Positions 1-8,770 of a stretch of 64,000 bases of DNA are shown here, piece after piece. Location of the stretch: IMG/VR virus record IMGVR_UViG_3300043389_000001, positions 46,656 to 110,655 of that record, one strand, 5' to 3'. The notes below the pieces were generated by a model. The model was not told the origin of the DNA, did not search any database, and worked only from the letters and a program-made list of their open reading frames with translations. The stretch's first letter is position 1, and each line of letters begins with the position of its first letter. The stretch is from a virus. Position numbers and translations under genes: made by a program.

Positions 1-226
1 GCCAAACGCTACTCTTCAGGAGCTGCCGGACGGGGGTGCCGGAGCTGACCGTGCCTATGAGTGTCACAACTTCAGGTATGGAGCGGTGTCCCATTCCCCG
101 TCTGGTCGCCGCCCGTCAGTCACTGGCCGTGGAAAGCCGGTGGGTCGAGGTGTCTGCAGGTGGGCCCGCATCCCCCGTCGGGTCCTAGCGGACCGCGCGA
201 TGCGCAACCTAGCCATGACGGGATGC

Positions 227-260
227 TGGTGGCCGTCGATCGCTTGATCGACGGCCACCA
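227..260 (-). terminator. Perfect 15-bp hairpin just downstream of the GAF gene
   Basis: tggtggccgtcgatc-gctt-gatcgacggccacca. Confidence 0.6.
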
Positions 261-283
261 TTCCATGCCAGGTGGGGGATGGC

Positions 284-892
284 TCAGGCGTCGACGGTTT
301 CGGCGGAGCGGGTCAGGACCAGTGAGAGCTGGGTCAGGATGGACACATCGGCTGCGGTCCATGAGCGTTCGACCTCATCCCACACGCACAGCACCCCGAC
401 GATGATCGCCGAGCGGTTGGCTACGGGAACGCCGAGGTAGGACACGATCTCCCCGCCCCGGGCGAAGGAGGAGTCGCACACCAGCGGGTGCTCGGCCGAC
501 TTCTCCACGGCGAACTCCCGGCCGGTGCCGATGACCTGCCGGCAGTAGGAGTCACCGATCGCCGAGGACGCCTGCTCGTCGAGGATTTCCCCGCGCCGGA
601 CCTGGGCGATGAACTCCTGCCGGTCGGGCTGCACGATGGTCAGCGCCGAGTTGGGTACGTTCAGCATCTGGGTGGCCATCAGGCACACCGTCTGTGCCTG
701 CCGCTTGGCGCCACCGGACATGAACGCCGACCCGTACATCACCTTCAGGCGGGCCGAGTCTTCCACCTCGCGGTCGATCTCGCGCCGGTGGCGCTCCAGT
801 ACTTCACCGGACAGGCGAGCCAGCTTCTGCTGCTGGGTTTCGAACTGCACCTGGGAGATCTTGGCTGGTGTCTTCGTTGGCCACAGTTTCAC
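284..892 (-). CDS. Stand-alone GAF-domain protein
   Basis: GAF hallmarks SYCRQVI, V..HPL, SYLGVPV, VGVLCVWD..RSWT..D..IL; GTG start with AGGAGG RBS. Confidence 0.8.
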   Translation of the reverse strand: MKLWPTKTPAKISQVQFETQQQKLARLSGEVLERHRREIDREVEDSARLKVMYGSAFMSGGAKRQAQTVCLMATQMLNVPNSALTIVQPDRQEFIAQVRRGEILDEQASSAIGDSYCRQVIGTGREFAVEKSAEHPLVCDSSFARGGEIVSYLGVPVANRSAIIVGVLCVWDEVERSWTAADVSILTQLSLVLTRSAETVDA

Positions 893-937
893 CCCCTCCT
901 ATCGCCGCCGGCCCGGCACGAAAACACCCCCTTCAGT

Positions 938-1195
938 TCAGGTGGGGATGGTGCCGTCCCTGTTGACCATCACGAACGTGCGCGGGCCCATGGTGACCTC
1001 GGCACGGGGGATGATGGTGTAGCGCAGCTCGTACTCGGCCATCTCCGGCCGGGCGAAGAGCAGGTCCAGATTGCCCAGCGTGTACCGGCAGATGTCCCGC
1101 CACGTCTGGGACACGCCGTCCCGGTCGGTGATCATGATGGACACCAGTTCATGCGGGTGCGGCCGGCTGGGCTCGCAGATGAACTCGTTGGGCAC
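938..1195 (-). CDS. Hypothetical protein
   Basis: ORF in minus-strand operon; start placed at GTG abutting the upstream stop. Confidence 0.5.
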   Translation of the reverse strand: MPNEFICEPSRPHPHELVSIMITDRDGVSQTWRDICRYTLGNLDLLFARPEMAEYELRYTIIPRAEVTMGPRTFVMVNRDGTIPT

Positions 1196-1196
1196 C

Positions 1197-1418
1197 TCAC
1201 TCGACACGTTCGACCCCGACCACGATGCGAAAGCGCTCGGCCTCGGCACCGAGGGAGTTGTTCACCGGCCGGAACTCGAACACCAGCCCCGGTTTGGCGA
1301 GCTGTACCACCTTGTACTCCTGACGGTCGGGACCGCTGTTGGCCTGGATGTAGGTGCCGTCCATCCATTCCTCCAGCGTGCCGATGGCCTCGTGCATGAC
1401 CTGACGTCCACTGATCAT
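1197..1418 (-). CDS. Hypothetical protein
   Basis: Tightly packed operon ORF, GC3-biased codons. Confidence 0.55.
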   Translation of the reverse strand: MISGRQVMHEAIGTLEEWMDGTYIQANSGPDRQEYKVVQLAKPGLVFEFRPVNNSLGAEAERFRIVVGVERVE

Positions 1419-1422
1419 CGGG

Positions 1423-1674
1423 TCACCGCCTCGTCAGTGCGCGCAGGATCTTGTCCCGGCGAGTGGCGCGCAGCCCCTGGATGGGGATGCCTTGGGTCTG
1501 GCTGCGTTCCAGTGTCCAGTCGTACGTGCTGCTGCCCTCGGGCATACCCAGCAGGCCGGCGGCGTAGCGCATACCGAACGCGAAGTGTTTCAGCTCCTCG
1601 GACGGGTCGTCCTCCAGTCCTCGCATGACCTCGGCCATGGCGTCATGAATGATCTTCTTCTCCGTTTGGTTCAC
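1423..1674 (-). CDS. Hypothetical protein
   Basis: Operon ORF with typical composition. Confidence 0.6.
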   Translation of the reverse strand: MNQTEKKIIHDAMAEVMRGLEDDPSEELKHFAFGMRYAAGLLGMPEGSSTYDWTLERSQTQGIPIQGLRATRRDKILRALTRR

Positions 1675-1852
1675 GGTTTCGTTCCATTCCCCGTTGAATG
1701 AAGAGCCATACGAAGTAGGCGTCTTCAGGTGCGATCACAGATAACGCCGGGATCGCCCGTGTCTTGACGCTGGCGTATGCGTAGGCGCTGCGGAATTGCT
1801 CGAAGCGTGCTTGCTGCAGCCACGAGTTCTCGCCGATGGGCTGGGCCATCAT
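1643..1852 (-). CDS. Hypothetical protein
   Basis: Fills gap in operon; start uncertain. Confidence 0.4.
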   Translation of the reverse strand: MMAQPIGENSWLQQARFEQFRSAYAYASVKTRAIPALSVIAPEDAYFVWLFIQRGMERNREPNGEEDHS

Positions 1853-1859
1853 GGGTCGG

Positions 1860-2135
1860 TTACGCGTCCTGCCGTTCAAGGGGGAAGCTGATGATCGCGA
1901 TTTGGTTACTGTCGCAGTCGCTTCCGCAGATATGGGGAGGCCCTTCACCCGAGGCCATGGCGCGGAAGTGCCCCCCGCACGTCAGCCCCACGAACTCGTG
2001 CCCGCTGTTGCAGGTGAAGCGCACCAGCCACTTCGGCGGGCCCTCGCACGGCTCGTGCGGTGCCAGATAGGTGCACACCTGCCGGGGCCGGCAGGTGTCA
2101 GCGATGATGTCTTCACTCGTAGGTGGCGTTGACAT
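1860..2135 (-). CDS. Small Cys/His-rich hypothetical protein (possible Zn binding)
   Basis: Several C/H pairs (CNSGH, CGGH, HICGSDC). Confidence 0.55.
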   Translation of the reverse strand: MSTPPTSEDIIADTCRPRQVCTYLAPHEPCEGPPKWLVRFTCNSGHEFVGLTCGGHFRAMASGEGPPHICGSDCDSNQIAIISFPLERQDA

Positions 2136-2712
2136 CGACCTCGGCCATCTTGTCGGGGTGCTCGCGCTTGAAGTGCTCGGATATCTCGGCCCGCACCAGA
2201 GCGGTCAGGGCATCGACCTTGTCCCTGATCTGCTGGGTGGCCGCCTCCTCACCCTCGGGCCGTTCGCCGGGCACGTACATCTGGCGAGGGACCTTGGTGA
2301 TGACCACGTGGCAGACCGGGCACCGGATCGCGGCGTAGTCGCCGCTGTCCTCATCGTCCCGCTCGCCGTCCTGCTCGATGTCCTGCTGGCCGTCGTGGGC
2401 AGGTGGGGTGGGTTTGGGCCACTGCCCTTCGCGCAGCAGGCCGTCGATCAGCCGGTCGGTGCTGGTGCGTTCCTGCTCGCGCTCGAAGTGCTCACTCATC
2501 GCATCGAGGATGCCGTGGGTGAACAGCCGCCAGTGCTGCGGATCTTCGATCCCCATGCCGCCGGCCAGGTAGCCCAGCGACAGCCAGAAGGTGGAGTGCA
2601 CCATGCTGGCATTGCGCCACTGGCGGCTGATGTCGGCGTAGGTGGTGGCCAGCAGGTCCGTGGTGGCCTGATGCCCGATGGCCTGGGGGTCACGATCGCC
2701 CAGCGGGTTCAT
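2113..2712 (-). CDS. Hypothetical protein with CxxC motif
   Basis: CPVCH motif; overlaps neighbours. Confidence 0.65.
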   Translation of the reverse strand: MNPLGDRDPQAIGHQATTDLLATTYADISRQWRNASMVHSTFWLSLGYLAGGMGIEDPQHWRLFTHGILDAMSEHFEREQERTSTDRLIDGLLREGQWPKPTPPAHDGQQDIEQDGERDDEDSGDYAAIRCPVCHVVITKVPRQMYVPGERPEGEEAATQQIRDKVDALTALVRAEISEHFKREHPDKMAEVDVNATYE

Positions 2713-3182
2713 GCGCGCTTCCTTGCTGCGATGACGGCGCGATGCTTGTCGCCCTCGTTCTCAGCCTTGAGCATCGCTTGGGAGATGTGCATCTGGTGAA
2801 CGCGGCCCACGTGCATGGCGATGCGGTCGTGTCGTTCCCCGCACAGCGGGCAGACGTGACCCCACGGGTCCTCGGCAGCGGTGAGACGGTGCGCCGACTT
2901 CATGTGCGCCACCAGTGAGGTGGAGTAATTGAACGGCTTCTCACACCACAGGCAGGGGAACTCGGCGGTGTTGACCGGGGTGATGTCTTTGTCCGTCTCG
3001 CCGTGCTCGCGGTAGAACTCCACCACGTCGGCGAACGGCTTGGCACTGAAGGCTTCGGTGCACTCGGCGCACAGGTGCACGGTGCGCCACTGCCCGTCCA
3101 CGCCCAGCATGCTGGTCTCAGCTTCCACGCGCTTGCCTTCCATGAAGCAGGCATCGCAGAAGACGACGAGCATCGAGACCAT
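2709..3182 (-). CDS. Zinc-finger protein with Lsr2-dimerisation-like N-terminus
   Basis: C2H2 fingers CLWCEKPF...HMKSAH and CPLCGE...HVGRVH; N-term ETSMLGVDG..V.LC resembles Lsr2 ETVxFGxDG..YEIDL. Confidence 0.55.
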   Translation of the reverse strand: MVSMLVVFCDACFMEGKRVEAETSMLGVDGQWRTVHLCAECTEAFSAKPFADVVEFYREHGETDKDITPVNTAEFPCLWCEKPFNYSTSLVAHMKSAHRLTAAEDPWGHVCPLCGERHDRIAMHVGRVHQMHISQAMLKAENEGDKHRAVIAARKRA

Positions 3183-3580
3183 TAGGCGATCTTCTTCCGC
3201 CGCTGCGCTCCGATGGTACGCACGGTGCCCTCTTCCATTGCGCCGACCTCATCAACGCGCCGTCGCTCGGTCTCCAGCCGCAGCTTGGCCCGGTCGGCAC
3301 TGGTCAGCACACCCATGCCGGCGGGGGCCAGGTAGCCGTCCTCGTACTGGATGGAGCGGGTGTTGTAGCCGGAGTAGTCGAGGTCGTCGTGGGCCTTCTG
3401 ACGGCAGCGCGTGCACCGCAGGATGGTGCGTGACATGACACCCGGCTCGGGCCGGGACTGGTAGCGCCACTCCACCCACGCGTGCCCGAACCGGCGGCAG
3501 TTCAGGAAAGCCGGATCGACGTCGGCCAGCCACTGTTCAAGGTCAGGTGCGCCGTGGTGCTGGGTCATGCGGACGGTCAT
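3182..3580 (-). CDS. Conserved phage hypothetical protein (CRxxGHxW...RCxRC)
   Basis: Zn-ribbon-like motif; GGGAGA RBS before ATG 3580. Confidence 0.65.
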   Translation of the reverse strand: MTVRMTQHHGAPDLEQWLADVDPAFLNCRRFGHAWVEWRYQSRPEPGVMSRTILRCTRCRQKAHDDLDYSGYNTRSIQYEDGYLAPAGMGVLTSADRAKLRLETERRRVDEVGAMEEGTVRTIGAQRRKKIA

Positions 3581-3665
3581 GATTGTTCTCCCGAGATAAG
3601 CGACGAACGTGAGGATCGAAGAGTTCACAAGGGCCGTTTGGGTGGCTCTATTTGATGGCAGCGTG

Positions 3666-4544
3666 TCACTGCAGGTCAACAGTGGGCAAGGTTTTCGGGT
3701 CCTGAGCTGGGGAAATCAGGCGTCTGGCTGATGCCGCCGCCGCGTAGGCCCGAGGCAGCGCGGCACCCAGCTTCTCCTCGTGCATATCCAATTGAGAGGA
3801 CAAGCGCTTCCATGCAGAGCTGCGATTGCGCAGAGTCCCCGCACTCACGGCGCGGTTCTCCAGTGCAGCGAACGCGGTGGTGAAGTAGTTCTCGATCGCC
3901 TCAATCATGGGCTCGCGAGGGCAGTTGTTGGCAAGAGGCAGAGCCATCGCATACGAGCCGGCGGCAATGGTGGCAACGAACGTATTGATGCGCTGCACAC
4001 GCTCGGCATCACCGGCATAGAAGTAGTACGTGCCCTTGCGATCAGGTACCGGGATAGCGAACCCGTCCCACTCCCGACCCACATAGGCACGAACCATCGC
4101 TGCACCCACCTGCCCGTTGCCGCAGGCTTGCTCGAAGCGATCCACCCACACGCGCACACCCTCGGCCTCGCTGGCATCCATGCGCCCCGAGATCCGTGAC
4201 ATCACGCGCTCGCTGGACTTCACTGCTCCGCTGGCGGTGCGCCGGGCCGAGAAGTGCTTGAGCTGAGCCAGTCGTCGTACCGGCTTGCCCTCGGCCTGCA
4301 GCTCGATGACCTTCACCCCGGCCGGGGACCCGAGGATCTCCACCGAGCGGGTGGCCAGCCGGGTGCCGGCGTTGTTGTGGATGATGGCGGGCGCGTACGC
4401 GGCCTGCTTGAACGCTTGGACGGAGGTGTTGTGCGGGCGGATCACGGGCATCTTGCAGATCTCGGCGATCTCGGCGACCTGCTTGCGCGTGCCCGTCACG
4501 CGGTGGTCCTGAAGCCGGTACCACCCGATGGCGAGTTGCAGCAC
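3666..4544 (-). CDS. Hypothetical protein (292 aa)
   Basis: Long uninterrupted ORF; 3' part visibly more AT-rich than neighbours. Confidence 0.65.
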   Translation of the reverse strand: MLQLAIGWYRLQDHRVTGTRKQVAEIAEICKMPVIRPHNTSVQAFKQAAYAPAIIHNNAGTRLATRSVEILGSPAGVKVIELQAEGKPVRRLAQLKHFSARRTASGAVKSSERVMSRISGRMDASEAEGVRVWVDRFEQACGNGQVGAAMVRAYVGREWDGFAIPVPDRKGTYYFYAGDAERVQRINTFVATIAAGSYAMALPLANNCPREPMIEAIENYFTTAFAALENRAVSAGTLRNRSSAWKRLSSQLDMHEEKLGAALPRAYAAAASARRLISPAQDPKTLPTVDLQ

Positions 4545-4601
4545 CCAGGAATACTACACACGGAACGTGGTTACACACTCACGCTCTGCGATATGTCCAG
4601 T

Positions 4602-5555
4602 TCAGGCCAGAAGAGCATCGAGTGTCACGGCATCGGGCGCTACGTCCGGGACCACCTGCACGAACACCGGGTGACGCAGCTTGCCCGAGTCGGAGACCTC
4701 AAGGAACTCCACCTCCAAGACCAGCGCCTCCCCCGCCCCGCCGGAGGCATGGAACTCATCCAGCCGGCGCTGCAGCGAGCGCAGTTGGATGGCAGTGAAG
4801 CCGGTGCCCACGTGTCCGACCTCGACCAGCCGCCCATCCTCCGGCGACCACACGGCCATGGTGATGGACCCCAAGCCCCCACGTGCCCCGGTGCCGGGCT
4901 TGTACCCGGCGGCTAGCACCAGCGCCCGGCGGGTGGCTTTGATCTTGATCCATGAGGTGCTGCGGCCCACCGTGTAGGTGGAGGCGTCCCGCTTGGCGAT
5001 CAGCCCCTCCAGCCGCTGGTGGGTGACCGTGTCCCACAGCTCCAGCCCGTCGCCCTGCCCGTACACAGCGGCCTCGATGCCCACCACGTCCAGCAGCAGG
5101 GACCGGCGCGCCCGGTAGGGCAGCGAGCGCATGTCCTGTCCGTCCAGACGCAGGATGTCGAAGGGGATGAACGTGGCCGGCAGGGCGGCGGCGGTGCGGG
5201 CGACGTCGGCCGGTGACTCCTGCGCATCACGCTTGTGGATCGAGGGGAAGTGCGGCACGCCGCCCCGGGGCACCGGCTCACCCTGATAGGTCAGCACCAC
5301 CAGCTCGCCGTCCAGGACCACGTCACGTCCGGCCAGCTCGCGGTTCTTGCGCCATGCGGCGATGACGTCGGGGTAGCGGTGGGTGATCTTCCTGCCCGTG
5401 CGGTTGGTCAGCTCCGGGTGCAGGGACTGGTGCAGTACGGCGCGTACGCCGTCCAGTTTCATCTCGAAGGAGTAGCCCCGACCCGTCAGGCGACGGATCA
5501 GGGCCACGGGGTCTTCCTTGCGGGCCGATGCCAGCATCACGCGGTCGTCAGCCAT
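4602..5555 (-). CDS. ATP-dependent DNA ligase (LigD-ligase/LigC-like, NTase + OB domains)
   Basis: Motif I EMKLDGVR, III VLDGELVV, IIIa FIPFDIL, IV EGLIAKR, V WIKIK; OB fold with VGHVGTGF and LRHPVF. Confidence 0.93.
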   Translation of the reverse strand: MADDRVMLASARKEDPVALIRRLTGRGYSFEMKLDGVRAVLHQSLHPELTNRTGRKITHRYPDVIAAWRKNRELAGRDVVLDGELVVLTYQGEPVPRGGVPHFPSIHKRDAQESPADVARTAAALPATFIPFDILRLDGQDMRSLPYRARRSLLLDVVGIEAAVYGQGDGLELWDTVTHQRLEGLIAKRDASTYTVGRSTSWIKIKATRRALVLAAGYKPGTGARGGLGSITMAVWSPEDGRLVEVGHVGTGFTAIQLRSLQRRLDEFHASGGAGEALVLEVEFLEVSDSGKLRHPVFVQVVPDVAPDAVTLDALLA

Positions 5556-5590
5556 GGTGGTCCTACCAAATTTCGGGGGTCGGCCTGTTA

Positions 5591-5860
5591 TTAGTGATCG
5601 TCGTAGTGCCCGCGCAGGGCCAAGATGTACAGGTGGGTGTCGTTGAAGCGATAGATCATGCGGTCGCCGTCACTGACACGCTTGGACCACAGCCCGGCCA
5701 GATCGCCGCCGAGCATCTTCGGTCGCCCCACGCCCTCATCCGGGCTGCGCTTGGTCTCCTCGATCATGCGGTTGACCCGCCGGAGGGTGGGCTTGTCGTT
5801 CAGCCAGCTTTTGTAGTCTTCCCAGCCCCTGTCGGAGAAGGACAGGATCAGGTCAGGCAT
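5591..5860 (-). CDS. yoeB: Txe/YoeB family toxin (active-site variant)
   Basis: FS..GWEDY..W, G.G.P..L...L.GLWS.R, C-terminal RGHY; coupled to yefM. Confidence 0.88.
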   Translation of the reverse strand: MPDLILSFSDRGWEDYKSWLNDKPTLRRVNRMIEETKRSPDEGVGRPKMLGGDLAGLWSKRVSDGDRMIYRFNDTHLYILALRGHYDDH

Positions 5861-6107
5861 CGGGGTCGATCAGGTCGTGCTCGTGCACCTGTCCCGCCTC
5901 GACCTGTGCCATGGAGTCCCGCAGCCGCCTCATCAGCTTGGGCTGCGACATGATCCACAGGGTTTCCTGAATGCTCTCCCACTGTGCTTGCGGCACGAGG
6001 AACGCGGTGCCGCCCTTGGACAGGATCTCTACCGGCGCCTGATCGTTGTTGACCTCCTCGATCAGCGGGAACAGGCGCTTGCGGGCTTCGGTGGCAGTGA
6101 TGGCCAT
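5853..6107 (-). CDS. yefM: Phd/YefM family antitoxin
   Basis: ITATEARKRLFPLIEEV..D..PVEI, WESIQETL; GAAGGGAG RBS before ATG 6107; overlaps toxin. Confidence 0.9.
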   Translation of the reverse strand: MAITATEARKRLFPLIEEVNNDQAPVEILSKGGTAFLVPQAQWESIQETLWIMSQPKLMRRLRDSMAQVEAGQVHEHDLIDPDA

Positions 6108-6130
6108 GGTGGCGCTCCCTTCAACGACAG

Positions 6131-6164
6131 GCCCCGATGGTACCACTACCGGTACCATCGGGGC
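6131..6164 (-). promoter_or_regulatory. yefM-yoeB operator/promoter palindrome
   Basis: Perfect 14-bp IR gccccgatggtacc-actacc-ggtaccatcggggc; two GGTACC cores 12 bp apart; TACCAT -10-like hexamer on minus strand. Confidence 0.7.
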
Positions 6165-6180
6165 GGGGAAGCAGCGTTGA

Positions 6181-6414
6181 TCAGGACTCCTTCGGGATGA
6201 TGACGAGGGCGGGGTTGCGGGCCAAGACCTCGACACTCTGACCCTGCTGGAGCGGGCGGCGGGCGGTGTAGTTCACGGCAGCCTCCCAGCAGAAGTCCTC
6301 AGGACCGGCGGCGATGAACTCTAAGTGCGGGCCCCGGCCGTTCAGCTCCGGATCGGGGTGGTTGCCTAGGTCGCCGATGAAGTGCACGACAGCGTAGTGA
6401 GTGTTGCCCATCAT
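6181..6414 (-). CDS. Hypothetical protein
   Basis: Operon ORF between ruvB-like gene and TA. Confidence 0.6.
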   Translation of the reverse strand: MMGNTHYAVVHFIGDLGNHPDPELNGRGPHLEFIAAGPEDFCWEAAVNYTARRPLQQGQSVEVLARNPALVIIPKES

Positions 6415-6421
6415 GAAGTTC

Positions 6422-7384
6422 TCATCCCTCGTCGGTCAGGGCCGTGGCCCGCTTGATGCCGGCGCCGGTGAGCATCCGGCCCTGCTTGGTCTTGGTGATC
6501 AGGTTCTTGTCCAGCAGGAGCTGCTCGACGACGTTCAGCCCCCGCCCGACCAGCCCCATCCGCTCGCGCATCAGAGCCGCCCCAGCCGGCTCGGCACGCA
6601 TCTCGGTGTACAGGATGTCGAGGTACTTACGGGCCTCCTTGGTCAGCCCGTCAGCGGTCAGGTCAGCGAAGGCCAGCGGCTCGGTCAGGTCGTAGGAGCC
6701 GTCCTCGGGCACCTCCAGCTCCCCGACCACGGCCAGGTCCCGCAGGCTGAACAGCAGGTCCCGCATCCGGCGCGGCTGGTTGGACGCGGCAGCCGCCACC
6801 GCAGCCGCCACCTCGTCACTGACACACGGCAGACCCTCAGGTTCGAGCACCTTACGGGCCATCGTCGCGGCGATGCTGGCGCCCTCAGCGTCGGTGTAGG
6901 CGTCCAGCTCCACGATCTTCATCCGGTCCAGAATGGTGCCCGGTAGCAGGCCACGGTCGGTGGTCGCACCGATGAACGTGACCTGCGGGACCTTTTCCTC
7001 ACCGAAAGGCGTGATGAGGACACCGTTCTCGAAGTAGTGCAGCAGCCACTCGGCGTTCTTCTTGCCGTTGTCCATGATCTTGTGCATCTCGTCGTAGAAG
7101 ACGGTCATGCCGTCCTCCAGCCGGGAGAACATGACCCGCGCCTCGTTGATCTTCATGGCCCCCGAGACCACGTACATGGGGCGGTCCAGTTCCCGCGCCG
7201 TGCACAGGGCGATGGCGGTCTTGCCCACCCCGGCGTACGGGGAGCAGATCAGCGTGTGCGGCATGTTCGCCGCACGCTTCTTGGCACTGATCGCCGAGAT
7301 CCGCAGCGCCCGCTTGGCGCTGGCCTGCCCCACGAAGTCGTCCCAGCCGTCGGGGTACTGCCCGTCCAGAACCTGCGTCGCCAT
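6422..7384 (-). CDS. ruvB: RuvB-like Holliday-junction branch-migration AAA+ ATPase
   Basis: WDDFVGQ, Walker A PYAGVGKT, Walker B VFYDEMH, IGATT, Arg finger LDR, QPR, C-terminal winged helix ..VEQLLL..LI.KT.QGR. Confidence 0.85.
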   Translation of the reverse strand: MATQVLDGQYPDGWDDFVGQASAKRALRISAISAKKRAANMPHTLICSPYAGVGKTAIALCTARELDRPMYVVSGAMKINEARVMFSRLEDGMTVFYDEMHKIMDNGKKNAEWLLHYFENGVLITPFGEEKVPQVTFIGATTDRGLLPGTILDRMKIVELDAYTDAEGASIAATMARKVLEPEGLPCVSDEVAAAVAAAASNQPRRMRDLLFSLRDLAVVGELEVPEDGSYDLTEPLAFADLTADGLTKEARKYLDILYTEMRAEPAGAALMRERMGLVGRGLNVVEQLLLDKNLITKTKQGRMLTGAGIKRATALTDEG

Positions 7385-7386
7385 GA

Positions 7387-8250
7387 TCAGGACACCTTCC
7401 GGACAGCGGCCTTACGAGCCGTCGTGGTCTTCTTCGCAGCGGTCTTGGCGACGGCCTTCTTGGCCGGGGCCTTCTTCTTGATCGAGGCGGTCAGGGCAGC
7501 GGTCACGTCCAGCCCCTCACCACCGGCGGCCGGGGTCATCGGGGTGGCCGCCGCGATCTTGTCGGCCAGCTCCTTACGGCCGGTCGAACCGTGCTCGGCC
7601 ATGTCGAAGTCCTGCAGCGCGGCGTCGATGACCTGCATCCCGATCGCGAGGTTCTTCTGCGAGACCGGAACCGCCTCGATCACCGGGCGCTCGCGGACCA
7701 TTTCGGAGTCGGCCATGGCGTTGAGCATGAGCATGCCGTCGGAGGTGGTCAGGGTGAACAGTTGCAGGGCGGTGCGGAAGGTGAGCTTGGTCAGGAACGC
7801 GACCTCGGGGCGGGCGGCGATCATCGCCACCAGCGTGTTGTACGCCTCCCACACGCTGGGGTGGCTACCGGGGCGAACGGTGACGTAGTACGCCTTGCCG
7901 TTAGGGATCAGCGCGGCGTGCACCTGCTCGGCCGGGTGCATCGTGATCGGCATGGCCGACTTGAACTTCGCGGCCTGCTCGGCCTGTTCGCGCAGCCACT
8001 CCTCGTGCACGAGGTGGAGCTGCTTGGAGATCTCCCGTACCCGCACGAACGACGCCTTGTCGGCGTTGCCGCACTCGGGGCAAGCCAGCGTCTGACGCAC
8101 CCGGGTCAGCGCGTGTGCCTCGTTGCTGCACGCCTGATGGGTGGGGGCGTCCTTGATGTCGGCCACGGAGGTGTGGACGTTGACGGTCAGGTTGACCAGA
8201 CCGAAGGACAGCAGAGCGTCCTTGGCCACGGGGGTGGTGAGCGGCTGCAT
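7387..8250 (-). CDS. ku: Ku-like DNA end-binding protein with basic Lys/Ala-rich tail
   Basis: LSFGLVNL.V.V.T, H..C...RVRQ...CPECG; tail KKKAPAKKAVAKTAAKK. Confidence 0.85.
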   Translation of the reverse strand: MQPLTTPVAKDALLSFGLVNLTVNVHTSVADIKDAPTHQACSNEAHALTRVRQTLACPECGNADKASFVRVREISKQLHLVHEEWLREQAEQAAKFKSAMPITMHPAEQVHAALIPNGKAYYVTVRPGSHPSVWEAYNTLVAMIAARPEVAFLTKLTFRTALQLFTLTTSDGMLMLNAMADSEMVRERPVIEAVPVSQKNLAIGMQVIDAALQDFDMAEHGSTGRKELADKIAAATPMTPAAGGEGLDVTAALTASIKKKAPAKKAVAKTAAKKTTTARKAAVRKVS

Positions 8251-8285
8251 GATGAATCCCTTTCAGGGGGTGGGGTGTAAGGCAA

Positions 8286-8317
8286 CTACCGGCCGGGCCG
8301 CAAAGCGCGGCCCGGCC
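8286..8317 (-). promoter_or_regulatory. Type-A intergenic hairpin (partial cassette) upstream of ku
   Basis: 11-bp stem ggccgggccgc-aaagc-gcggcccggcc flanked by ctacc. Confidence 0.55.
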
Positions 8318-8454
8318 AGGGGTACGACAAAGGGACGCCGGCCGAGTTGGCCTGCGCCCCAAGAGGGTTGGTTCGATGTTCGGTTAAGGGGACCCTCGGT
8401 GGGAACCGAGAACGCCGCTATTCACCCAGCCGGGCTAAACGCCGGCACTGGGTG

Positions 8455-8721
8455 TCACAGCCGGTAGATCTTCACGTCCACGACTTCCTGAATCAGGTCG
8501 GTGGGCTCGCGATCCTGCTCCTTGTAAGGCATTTCGTGGGTAATGGCATCGGCCACCGCCATGATGATGTCGCCGGGCAGGTCGGTGCGGGGCACCAGCT
8601 CGGTGTCCTTGTTCGCGAACGTCAGGGTGGCGACCTTGACCGTAAGCTTGACCCGCAGCTCGATCTCGACCTCCTGCGTGGGCACGGTGATGTCGTCGTC
8701 GTTCGTTTCGTTCTCGGCCAC
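8455..8721 (-). CDS. Hypothetical protein
   Basis: GTG start with AAGGAGAG RBS. Confidence 0.65.
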   Translation of the reverse strand: MAENETNDDDITVPTQEVEIELRVKLTVKVATLTFANKDTELVPRTDLPGDIIMAVADAITHEMPYKEQDREPTDLIQEVVDVKIYRL

Positions 8722-8770
8722 GGTCTCTCCTTGGTGTGGTGTCACGCGAATGATGATGTTGCGTCAGGAA

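Noticed and set aside
284-892. Phytochrome or sensor kinase
   Set aside because: No PAS/PHY, DIP motif or output domain.
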